From NCBI RefSeq assembly GCF_000143415.4, contig NW_003314413.1, positions 62,001 through 126,000 on the forward strand: a stretch of 64,000 nt of DNA, given 5' to 3'. Below the pieces are notes generated by a model that saw nothing but the letters and a program-made list of their open reading frames with translations, was not told the DNA's origin and searched no databases. Positions within the stretch are counted from its first letter, which is position 1. Every line of letters begins with the position of its first letter. This document shows positions 20,312-32,095 of this stretch, in pieces. This DNA comes from Selaginella moellendorffii. Taxonomy: Eukaryota; Plantae; Lycopodiophyta. Made by a program: the position numbers and the translations under genes.

Positions 20312-22562
20312 TTACCTCCTTCGGGGTCTTTGACTGCGATACCGAGACGATATCAGATTTCCCGTTGAGTGCCGCGACTTCCCTCTCTTAGCAAGCCACT
20401 TCTCTTCTCTCTCGAGGCTGGCTTGACAACGAGTTCTTTGGTACCGCCGCTCTTCAATGGTTTCCACTGTCCGGATCACCTGAGACTGCTGGTAGTCATA
20501 CGGGAGCTTCGTCGAGTTCCATTGCACTAGCTTTTCATGGATCTGTGTATCGGTTTGTCTTGCTTCTGCGTCGGCTGGAAGAAGCACGCCGTTGCCGCTG
20601 GCTGAAAACTTGCCAGCATAGAAAGGATCGAAGGCACCAGTCCTCCCATTTTTCTCGTTGAGCCTCCCAGTAATGTCAGAAACTGTCACGGACGATCTGT
20701 AAGTCGGCCGATCCATCATAAAGCTACTCCTCATGTTACGTTTACGCTCCAAAGGATCCGCTTCGTCATCCTCATCGTTTATGTGACAGCTTGACATAGC
20801 CGAAACAAGCGACGGTAGAGAATGGACGATCCTGCCAGATCTGGACGAGCTATCCTCAAGTGGAGGGCCTCCAAGTTCTTCAGCAAACCATCTCCTCCGA
20901 CTGCTAGCTGGGCGTGCAGTCGGACTTTCGTCGACATCTGTATAGATCAAAAAAATATTAATTATCATCTCAAGCAACCGTAAGCAAGAATGTTTACCAG
21001 TCGGAGAAATGAGCGAAGATTCTGACATGCGGTAAACACGGTCTTTCCATGACCGAATTTCCACATCTTTCATGTGGAGCTTTTTCTCTGCTTCTTTCAG
21101 TTCAGCTTCGAGCTCTTTTATTTGCTTTGCCTGCCTTTCCTCGAGAACAATATGCAGCCTTCTGTCGAGTTCCCTAGGGGATATAGCCCAATGTTGATTT
21201 TGAGGAGGCGACGAGCCATCGTCAAAAATTTCTATGAAGTCGTCCTGCAGGCTTACTGAACTGGAACTGCTAGACACATTTGATGGTTCCCTCTGCACAA
21301 TTCTTGGTAAATTCACGTCAACAGAAACTAAAAGAACTTACTTCGGCCCCATTTGCCTTCCCAGTACTCAGGTTGAGCTGCATGATCTCCAACTCTGCCG
21401 CGAGTTCCGCTTCAAGCACGGCCATGGGATCCGTCTTTGTTTCTACTGTCACCACACTTGTCATGGACTCATCATCGTCATCGTGACAATCATCAGGAAT
21501 TTCTATCCCAAATTTCGTGTTTTGCGTGTCTGTTGGCTGCTGTGGAAGCTCCATCTCTCTTTTCTTATACAGAACCATAAAAGTCATAGCAGCGTGTACG
21601 CCCATCGCAAACAAGAGCACCTCCTTAGCTGAAAAACCGTCAAGGTGAGCGAGTACAATGACAAACAAGATCCACAAACCTGAGCTCTCGTAAATGTTTG
21701 AACTTCCGTTGAGAGCCTTCCTTTTCCTTGCAGTCGGTAGCATAGCCAGAGAAGCCGGAACCGTATGTATATTTGGAGTCGCAGGCACAGAAGAGTCCCT
21801 GCTCTTGCTCCTCCCTCTCGACTTGCGGTCATATATCTTCTTCATTCTCGAAGTTGCCAAACTCCCATCCATTGGACCAAACATGTTATGCTTCTGCGCT
21901 GCTGCCATGGTAGTCCAGTCCAGGATATTGGGAAGATCATCCAGGCACAGATTTTCTACGTCTTGCTTCGAAGTAGTCCAGGAAACATCCCCCAAAGAAG
22001 TTCTCACGGTTACGTCCATGTCCACAGTTGAGATATCACCACCATTGGCACCACTTCCCGAGTTCCCTTCCAAAGAAAATCCATTCCTCGCCTGTGCCTC
22101 GTTGATCTCGACAGTAGTTCCTTCGAAGTCGTCCGAGCTGAGGCATTTTTCTTGGCATCTGCTCTGAGCTCTTGGCCAAGATGGCCAACCTTTCGTCTTG
22201 TTCTTCGACTTCAATCTCGACTCGTGAATCCCCTTTTGGAAGGAAGTAACAAGACTGGCCTCCAGCACGTCCCTCGGGCTGTTTCCACAGCATGATCTCT
22301 TCCATCGCTTGTCATCAACGCTCTGTGATCCACCAGCACCGTGCTCTTGAGTGACACTCTTCTCCTCTTCTCCGAGTCTTTCAAAACGGTCCTTCACCCG
22401 TAGAGCTTCTTCGCTTAACAAACAGTCGACTTGATCAGGTGGAGACCTGGAAATGTTTTCATCGTCGCTCAGCCGGAGCCTCTTACTCTGATTCGAGGAG
22501 GAGGCATTCTGGAGGCACCGTGCCAGATATCCCGATCCTGCCGCCACAACCCAGAGCCACAT
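20312..22562 (-). CDS. POLAR-like coiled-coil protein
   Basis: N-terminal MWLWVVAAGSGYLA; MAVLEAELAAELE; ISPRELDRRLH..LEERQ..IKELEAEL..WKD. Several short introns. Confidence 0.72.
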
Positions 22563-23544
22563 CTCCACTCCTCGATCATCTGTCACAGCGCAATGCAGCT
22601 TAGATCCCGCGATTCACCTCGAAATCTCGAGCGATCAAGCACGCTAGCAGGATCACGCAAAAGGGACCGATCTCACTCACCAGAAAAGGGAATCTCTCGC
22701 CTCCGCAGCTCGCATTTCTCATCGACCGGCCGGATCCATGGAAACCCTATTGCCTCCTCGGCGATCCTCCTCCAACCCTAGCGCCCTCCATGGCATTGAA
22801 GAACGAAGAAGTCTGCGAAGGGGAGTTTGAAAATATATAGAGTAAAACGTACAAACATACGCTACCGTCCCATCATTCGTCCGGCGGGTTTTGGAGGGAG
22901 AAAGCCCGGCCGTCAGAAGCAACCATCCGACGCCTGGGAGCTGGCCACGCGTTCGCAGTATTAAATGTTGACCGTTGGATGTTTCTCTTTGTCATTATTG
23001 GAGGGGGTGGCGCATCCAACGGTCATGGTTGCGTTGCAGGCCACCAAACGTACGATATTGGTCACTTTTTGGAACCATGAGATAGTGCTAACAGATGGAA
23101 AGGCCAATGATATTTCCACATAAGATAGGAGATCACATCATGGTAGGAGGTTTTCATTAGATAATAATAAATAATCCACCTCTATCCATTCACAATAACT
23201 TTGGTAAGTGGGTTATCGTTGATCTAAATTTGACACTGGTCATGAACTTGCTAGCAAGCTCCTCTTTCAAGATTGCAAAGGCTCTATGTTGCTGCTATGA
23301 TTGAGATTGCTAAAGGTTATAAGTTTATCTTGGTCTTTCTTTTCAATCCATCAATGGTCCCTTAAGCATCCATTGATCTTGTTCCTGCTTGTATTTTCTT
23401 TTCTTTTGTAAGATGTATCGTGTGAACTCCATAGTTTTGATCTTTGTGTAAACTTCTATCAAGTTCCCAGTGTCAAGTTCACCCTTCTCCTAAGAAGTAA
23501 ACCATGCCATCACCTTGAGCCAACAAAGAAAAAAAAAATTGGTG

Positions 23545-23720
23545 AAGAATATGTTCCTAATCCCTGGTACCAATTATTTGCTCAATCATCTTTGTAGTGT
23601 TTGGTATTTTACAAAGATTGATTTGAAGTGAAGGTATTATTAAATTTGTGTCACCAAAGGATGTTCCAAAGATGCCATTCCAAACAACACTACAAGTTTT
23701 TGGTAATGCTATTTTTTGTT
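23545..23720 (+). mobile_element. Degenerate Ty3/gypsy reverse-transcriptase fragment
   Basis: Translates with stops and frameshifts as KNMFLIPGTNYLLNHLCSVWYFTKIDLK*RYY*I..DVPKMPFQT..HYKFLVMLF, against consensus KN.YP.P.IDDLLD.L.GA.YFSKIDL.SGY.QIR..DIPKTAF.T..GHYEFLVMPF. Confidence 0.75.
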
Positions 23721-24168
23721 TAATTTTCCATTGCTAATGAACTTCTAATGGTTACAGTGATGAAATCAAGCTGAGGAACCATGTGATGGCTCTTAGTGGA
23801 CACTTGCCCATTACTTCTACAACATTATGATTCAAGCTTTTTATAACTCCTTTCAAAGCCCTTATATGAGACTTAATCACCTCAAAAGTTAATTGAAGTG
23901 TTGAGTTAGCGTGTAGAATTAGGATTAGATTGTGGCATTGACAAAATTGATCTTCAGTTTTTGCTTAAATAAAAAATATCTATGAAATAAGTTGTTATCA
24001 ATCTACTGGTAGAAGGAATGTTAGCTTTTTTTTAAGCCTTTCTTAGCCTCTTAAAAAATGTTTTACCATTGTCATATATAATAGATAAAAACTATATCTC
24101 CAATATAATGGTAGCACAATTAATCCAATAACTCATGGGCCAAAAACTCTGCAAAAGTAAACATGTGT

Positions 24169-24242
24169 TGGCCCATGCAGGTCTCGAACCTGCGACCCTT
24201 GCGTTATGAGCGCGACGCTCTAACCGACTGAGCTAATAGGCC
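24169..24242 (-). tRNA. tRNA with CAT anticodon on a cytosolic tRNA-Ile(AAT)-type body
   Basis: GGCCTATTAGCTCAGTCGGTTAGAGCGTCGCG-CTCATAA-CGCAAGGGTCGCAGGTTCGAGACCTGCATGGGCCA: full cloverleaf, intact A/B boxes, discriminator A, downstream T-runs, no intron; one C-A mismatch in the anticodon stem. Confidence 0.92.
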
Positions 24243-24287
24243 AATCTGCTCAATAGGGTTTGCTCACGAATTCGTTGGATCAAGGAC

Positions 24288-24880
24288 CTAGATTGCCATG
24301 GCGTATGCCGTGGCAATGGCGTACATTGTCTTGTTCTCCCAACGCATCGTACGGCTACCTAGAAGAAAAGCTTACTGGTGATTGGTATGTAGTTAGTTCA
24401 GATTTACCGTCGGCTAGTGGATCCCAAAAGCAAGAGCTTGCCGTGACGAGCCCAGCGCCGTTCTTTTGCATGATCATACAGGTAACTATGGAGGAAGATT
24501 TAATAGAAATTTCAATAGAGCAAAGAGGGGAAGGAATTTTTACCAATATACTTGAAGGGCTTGTTTAAATTTACAAGCTTGGCCATGCATTTCTCGCAGA
24601 CTGTGGATGTCCATTGGCCGATCTATAAGAAGATCGCCACTGATCGCATAGAGGTAAGACACACACAAATTTTTTGATGAATTCAATCCAAAGCTTGCCT
24701 TGTGATGCATGAATTGGGAGCTTGCGAGGGATTCATCGAGGCATTCCTTGAGGATGGTGTTCACGTCATCGCCATTGAATTTGGGCTGCGACAAGAGCAG
24801 ATTGATCGATGGATTTGCGGGAGAATTTCTTCACTCACATCGATTGCCGGCTCGCTTGCTTCTGCCGCCGCAGCCGCCAT
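24288..24880 (-). CDS. Dynein light chain Tctex-1 family; 5 exons
   Basis: ..[70 protein letters not shown]; one GC-AG intron (24623-24698). Confidence 0.92.
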
Positions 24881-25121
24881 TCTTCCGATCAGCTTGAAAT
24901 CGCGAAAAAAATTCCAGGAAGAATCGATCAAATCGCCCTCGATCCTTCTTCCTTCTTCGTCAGATCAACAGAGGCGCTCCAAGGTTTAGGGTATTTAGCG
25001 CCACCTGGGAAACTACCTTTTGTGACGGGGAGAATGTTTTACGAATAAATGCCACGTTGCAAACTACTTTTCTGACGTGGGGAATATACTTTTTGAGTCT
25101 AGGGCTAACACTTAACACGCT

Positions 25122-26499
25122 ATGGATGCCAGGCGCCATGTCTGGGAGGGCGCGATCCCCATTTCTTTTCAGCTGGATCCTTCCGAGATTGCTACGGCGC
25201 CAGCTCCTCTTCCGCTTCTGGTAAGATTTCGATTGTCCTGGTGCAAATGCAAATCTTGCTCTTTCATCGAAAGAATTTCCATTCCAAACATCAAAAATCT
25301 CGTGCTTGATGCGTTGTAGCTAATGGCTGCTCGGAATGGATACCTCCCCCTCCTCGCTACTCGAATCCGGCAGTATTTCCAGAACGCTGTCTTGTCTTCT
25401 CCTTCGTCTTCTACCCCTTCCAGCGATCAGATTCTATGGTTCGATTTCAAAGGTTTGCCTCTCAAATGGTATAATCTAGCTAGAACTTCCTTGTCACTTA
25501 AGATTTCTTTGGTTTTTTTAATTGTTTCTTTGGATGGATAGGCACATTCCTACTGGTGTTCTATTTGACTTGCTGTGTCTTGAGCCACAAAGGCCGTGGG
25601 ATCTCACAGTAAGAATCTTTTCTACAGAAGCTTGCGTTTAGCGGCTGATATGACAGGTCCATTTTCGGGGCTATCCTTCCGAGATGATGGCTCCTTACGA
25701 GGGCGATGAAGCTGTGAAATGGAGCTTCATGAACACTCTGAAAGAGGTAACGCAATTGTTGTTTCTATGGCCTGTAAGTTCGAATACTTTGTCCAGGCGT
25801 CGTACATCATTCGTGGAAACACGAAGAACGTCATGGACTTGACACAGAACGACCAGAACAACCTGTGGAGCAGCATTGTGAAAGGTTTGCGACCTGTGTT
25901 TGATGTGGAAACTATATCTGTAGTTTGCTACTTCAGGGGATATGGAAGAACACGATCGCATCGCAGCTCAGTTTGTTGGTCCTGGGAGAATCGAAGGCAA
26001 GCCAGGTAGCTAGAAATCGTGATATGGTTTAGCTTTTTAACTCTATCAACTTGGACTCAGGAAAGGTACCTCTACGCCTTTACGTTCGTGCTGTGAACGG
26101 CGGTCTGGATGATCCTTTCTCTTTAGCCCCCGTCAAAAGCTGGAACGAAGTGATGATTCTGACGAGACCTGTAGAAATTCTTCGCCAAGAAGAAGGTGAG
26201 CTTGTAATCTTTCTTTTCCCTAGTTTCACTTACCTTCTGTTTGAGCAGGCCTAGCGTTCACCTTAGGAGACGCACTGGTGAAAGTTCTGCCTCAATATTT
26301 TGGTAGCAGCTCCGAAGATCCCGAGCATAGCAGTAGCGATTCTAGAGTTGACGAATACGGACCGGGTGTACAGTTCGATGGCACGGTCAAAATTCAGGGA
26401 ATTCAGCCCAACCTCGACTTGCCTTTCGACTGGGTGGCCAGAAATTTGGCTGGACAAGAGCATTTCACCCACGTCTGCCTGTGGGTGCCCGGGAAATAA
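25122..26499 (+). CDS. ATG5: Autophagy protein 5
   Basis: [64 protein letters not shown]..PFDWV; multiple short introns. Confidence 0.95.
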
Positions 26500-26573
26500 A
26501 GCTGACAACGTTTCTGTAAGTCAATTGTATCATTAGCTCCTCGACACTAGGGTTTTGTTTCGCTTCCATTTCA

Positions 26574-28112
26574 ATGGAGAGCTCCTCGAGAAAGCACCAT
26601 GTCCGCTGCATTGTGAAACTTGGTAAGTTTTCTCTTGTGAGTTTTATTTGGTGCTCACTATTTCCTGTGTGCCTTCCAGGAGGCGCAGCTATTACTTTCA
26701 AGGACAAACTCGAAGCTTTGAACCGCGAGAGTTTGTCTAAGACTAGCTTGCAGCTCCACGAAGCCATGGGAGGTGGCGTGTCTTTCAACATGGATTGGAG
26801 CAAAAATCTAGAAGTGCCAGATCGCATTGACATGGAGCTCCCTCAGAAGCGTGCCTTCGTTGTGGTCCATGGTGCAGGTATACTTTCAACACATTTTGTT
26901 CTAAGATTGTTGTTACTGTAGTCCTCGACTAAAGCTTGTAGATGTTTGCTTAAACAGGTTCTTTCGGGCACTTCCAAGCCAGCATTTCTGGTGTCAATAA
27001 GGGAGGCTTGGACAACTCGCTGCTCGTAAATGCAGGTTTTGTCGCAACAAGATTATCAGTTAAGTTGATCCATTTCTCCTCTAGTGACACATCATTTTCT
27101 GTAACAATCAGGTCACCAAACTCAATCACAAAGTCATCCGAGCGCTTGCATCACGTGAGTACTTTGTTGATCATTTGTGAGAAAACGTAACTATCTCAAA
27201 TTCAGAGGGTATTCCTGCTGTTGGCATGCCCCCATTTGCTGCTGGGTGGTCAACTCATAAGCGCATCGTAGGTAATAGCTTTCTTGACGTCGTGTTACGC
27301 ATATGTTTTTTCTGCAGCTAGATTGCGACAATGTTTCTGGAGTAAGGGAAGCTGTCGATGCTGGCTTTGTGCCCGTCAGTTTTGTTTTCTTTTATCCCTT
27401 GGACTCTTACGAAAGAACTTGCAGGTCTTGCACGGTGATGCTGTGCGCGATAGCCATCAGGTAAGTTTTCCGTAGCCTGACTTCCAGGTAACTTTTTACT
27501 TTTTTACCAGGGCTGCTGCATTCTGAGTGGAGATGTTATCGTCCGCCGCCTTGCGGAGGAACTACAGCCTAGCTATGTCGTCTTTCTTGTATACTGATTT
27601 TTCTCTTTTTCTCTTTTGCTTCGCTTTGAAGTATTTCCCTGACTGAATCGCAGACAAACGTTCCTGGAGTTTTTGATCGTCCACCGTCAGAAGAAAATGC
27701 AGTTTTACTGCAAGAGATTGGTACGTTTTGAGCTTTTGGAGACACTTAATTTTATTTCCTAGTTGTCTACGAGGATGGGACTTGGAGCATTGCAAGACCA
27801 CGACTTGAGGCCCCAGGTAATCTTCTCACTTTAACTTCTCAATCTACTAGACTCGTTCGCTTGCAGTGAAAACCGAGATGGCCTCTCATGATACCACTGG
27901 AGGAATGGCTACAAAGATCGCTGAGGCAGCTTCCATCTCTCGGCTGGGAATGGATGTCTACATTGTGGAGGTACAAAGCTCTTTTCTTCCTTTTTCTTCT
28001 GATCTATCATTTCGTAACATAGGCTGGAACCGAGCATGCTCTCCAAGCTTTGAAAGGAAACATCGAACAAAACTGGATTGGAACAATCGTGAGGAAAGCG
28101 GACTCTACTTAA
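26574..28112 (+). CDS. IPK: Isopentenyl phosphate kinase (amino-acid kinase family)
   Basis: IVKLGGAAITFK, VVVHGAGSFGHFQA, LHGDAVRD, ILSGDVI, TNVPGVFDRPP, HDTTGGMATKI; stop at 28110-28112. Confidence 0.9.
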
Positions 28113-28831
28113 TCTTCACTGTGAGACAAATTCGAAACTTACACTGGATTTTTAGCTCGAAGTAAGTTCTCTAGCCTGGCGCTTACCAAAGTGGAAGGAA
28201 AAAACTTCGCTTGGACTCGTAAGTTTCGTGGTAGATAAGAAATTTTCAATGCCAAGCCAACAACAAACTATCAAAGCATTGGAATGTGGTCAATTTGAGG
28301 ATACGCTACATGGCTGGGACGACGTAAATGGGAGAAATATTCCTATCGTAAGTCCACGATGTTTCGTGCGGCACACGAAGATCCCATGGAATTTTTAACA
28401 CCTCCAAAACAATGTGTGGATAGGCATTACCTACCAGCCCATATGCTTTGACCCCCAATCTCTGCCGTACGTGCCGTAGTGGTGTCAACGGTCACGATGC
28501 GCGGTAGGGCTCTTCGCATTGTGGAGAAGAGTAGCTTGGCCAAAAGCTAACCCACTGTGGACGTTTGTGTTTGCCCTACTGTAGTGGTCGCAATCAGCTA
28601 CAGTGACCCTCGCCCAGCGCCTTTATCTTCGGTGCGCGCGCCAGGGTTTCTCGCACTGCCGTCTCGACTAGCAGCGGCCTCCAGATCCAGATCCACGACA
28701 ATCTCGGCGCTGCTCGCGAGGTGAGGCACCGCTCGCGATTCCAGCTCGATTCTTCGCGAAATCTCTTCCGCATTTTGATCTAGATCTAGATCTTGATCCA
28801 ATTTTCGTTGCCTTGTGCCAGATCCTGTGCC

Positions 28832-31817
28832 ATGGCGTCTCACATTGCTGGCTACCCTCGCATGGGCCCGAAGAGAGAGCTCAAGTTCGCTCTCGAGTCG
28901 TTCTGGGATGGGAAGTCGAGCGCTGCGGATTTGGAGAAGACTGCCAAGGATCTGCGCGCCTCGATCTGGAAGCAGATGTCCGATGCCGGGGTTTCATTCA
29001 TCCCCAGCAATACATTCTCCTACTATGATCAGGTCCTCGATACCACGGCCATGGTGGGAGCTGTTCCTCCCAGATATGGCTGGACTGGTGGAGATGTGGC
29101 CTTCGACACCTATTTCTCCATGGCGAGAGGGAATGCCAAGCAACCGGCTATGGAGATGACGAAATGGTTCGACACTAACTAGTAAGTATCTGGCTTGTTC
29201 ATGTGATTTGTGGTGGAATTGCTAACGTTGTGGAAATTTTGGGCAGCCACTACATCGTCCCTGAGCTCGGTCCCGAGGTTAAGTTCACGCTATCCTCGCG
29301 CAAGGTTTTGGAGGAATACACTGAAGCGAAAGAGGTTGGTTTTATGGTTTCTTTGATTCTTGCTGGATGTAATTCTTGGATGGTTTGCAGCTCGGCATTG
29401 AGACTGTTCCAGTTCTGGTCGGACCATTCACTTACCTGTCGCTGGCAAAGCCTGCTAAAGGAGTTGCCAAGGACTTCGATCTTCTTGGGCTTTTGGAGGA
29501 TCTCTTACCCGTCTACAAGTACTTTAAAATGTCCATTGTCATTTTTACTGAAGTGAGGTTCCAGGGAAGTGATTGGCGAGCTGAAAAGTGCCGGTGCCAA
29601 ATGGATTCAGTTCGACGAACCAGCTCTTGTTCTGGATTTGGAGTCCCACAAGTATGATGTCTTTAAGAAGGCGTACTCCGACCTGGCACCGAGCTTTGGC
29701 GATCTTAAGCTTTTGGTGGTGACATACTTTGCGGATCTTCCAGCTCCGGCCTACGAGTAAGCGGATAATTTCCTGCCGTTTATCCATCTCATGTTTGTAT
29801 ATGCAGGCTGCTCACTGGACTTGAATGTGTGGATGGTGTGGGACTTGACTTGGTTCGCGGCACCAAGACTGTTGAATTGATCAAGGTAGCAGGGTTTCCT
29901 TCCTCGAAGAAGCTGTTCGCCGGTGTCGTTGATGGTCGTAACATTTGGGCCAATGACCTCGCTTCATCGCTCACGTTGCTCGGGGAACTGGAGAGCAAGC
30001 TGGGGAAAGGAAACGTTGTGGTATCGACGTCGTCTTCACTTCTCCACACAGCAGTTGATCTCAAGAACGAGACTAAACTCGACGCTGAGCTCAAGTCTTG
30101 GCTAGCATTTGCTGCTCAGAAGATCGTCGAAGTCGTTAGTCTTGCTGGGGCTCTCGGTGGAAAGAAGGATGAGGTCCGTTCATAGATTTCATGTTTTGCA
30201 TTTCTAAGTATTTGTTCGTCTGCAGGAGTTCTTTGCGGCCAATGCATCTGCTCAGGCCTCTAGGAAGACGTCTCCTAGAGTCCACAACGACGAAGTGAAG
30301 AAGGCGGTAAGCACGTTCTAGAATCCCCCCTTCATGCCATTAATCCATGTACTTGGTGTCTCAGGCTGCTGCCCTTCAAGGATCGGAGCACAGGCGTGCA
30401 ACTCCTGTGGCAGATCGTCTTGATGAACAACAAAAGCACTTAAAGCTTCCTATTCTGCCAACAACTACAATTGGATCTTTCCCTCAGACAGCTGACCTGC
30501 GCCGAGTGCGACGTGATGTGAAGAGCAAGAAGTAAGTGAAGACTTTTAGACAGGATTCTATCTTATGCATCCGTGCATCCGTGTGATCAGGATAAGCGAG
30601 GAAGAGTACGTGAAGGCCATCAAATCTGAAATTGCCAGCGTTGTGAAGCTCCAGGAGGAGCTTGATATTGACGTCCTCGTCCACGGAGAACCCGAGGTAG
30701 GATTTGGCAGATTCCATAGCTGATCTAATCTACATTGTCCTTTTTCGCCAGAGAAACGACATGGTTGAGTACTTCGGTGAGCAGCTGCAAGGTTTTGCTT
30801 TCACCGTCAACGGATGGGTACAGTCCTACGGATCCCGGTGTGTAAAGCCACCCATCATCTACGGAGATGTGAGCAGGCCCAAGGCAATGACTGTCGAGTG
30901 GTCTTCCTACTCGCAGAGCCTCACTAAGAGGCCCATGAAGGGAATGCTCACGGGACCCGTGACAATTTTGAACTGGTCCTTCGTCAGAAATGACCAGCCG
31001 AGGTGAGCTTTTGTCTTTCTCATCGACATCTTTGCTAACTGGCCTTACGTTTCATTCACCACAGAGAGAAAACCACGTACCAGATTGCCTTGTCCATCAA
31101 AGAGGAGGTCGAAGACCTTGAGAAAGCTGGCATCCATGTACGTTGTTCTATCGGTTTGTTTTGGCCGCGTGCTAACAAAAGCTATTCTGCCAGGTGATTC
31201 AAATCGACGAAGCTGCTCTACGAGAGGGTCTTCCTCTCCGCAAGTCCGAGCAGGCCGCCTACTTGAACTGGGCCGTCCATGGTTTCCGCATCACGTCGTG
31301 CGGAGTGAAAGACACAACTCAGGTAAAAGACGCGACGAGTTTCTATAGCTTCGTGAATGACACTGGCGTTGTTTGAAATCCACAGATCCACACCCATATG
31401 TGCTACTCCCACTTCAACGACATCATCACAGCCATCATCGACATGGACGCCGATGTGATCACGATCGAAAACTCTCGCTCGGATGAGAAGCTACTGTCCG
31501 TGTTCCGGGAGGGAGTCACGTATGGAGCCGGCATTGGACCCGGCGTGTACGACATCCACTCTCCGCGAATTCCAGACACCGAGGAGATGGCCGAGCGCAT
31601 TCGCAAGGTACAAATCTTTCGCTTGGTTTCGCTCTGGAAGATCCTGATCGATCTTTTTTTTTTTTACTAGATGCTTGCCGTCCTGGAATCCAAAGTTTTG
31701 TGGGTGAACCCCGACTGTGGTCTCAAGACGCGAAAGTATGGCGAGGTTCTCCCGGCGCTTACTAACATGGTCAAAGCCGCCAAGATCCTTCGCGCGGAGC
31801 TAGCCAGCACTCACTGA
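28832..31817 (+). CDS. METE: Cobalamin-independent methionine synthase
   Basis: [88 protein letters not shown]; 5'UTR intron. Confidence 0.98.
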
Positions 31818-32095
31818 TCGATCCCCTCACCTGGAAAGCGAGAATTTTTTCCTATGGCAAAATAATTTCTAAAGTGAAATGCTATTTTGGCGAGTTTTAT
31901 CTTAATTGTTTAAGCAAGAAAATGCGAATTGGTAAAGTGTAAGAAAATGCGCATAAATTGAATTAAGAAAGGGGTAGATTGTGCGTGGAATCGATCCGGT
32001 GCCACATTTTTCCCGCTCCGATTCAAAATTTTCTATCGAATATATAAGCAAGGCCGGCTGGCTTTAACGCATAGGGTTTTGCGAGCGCTTTGGAG

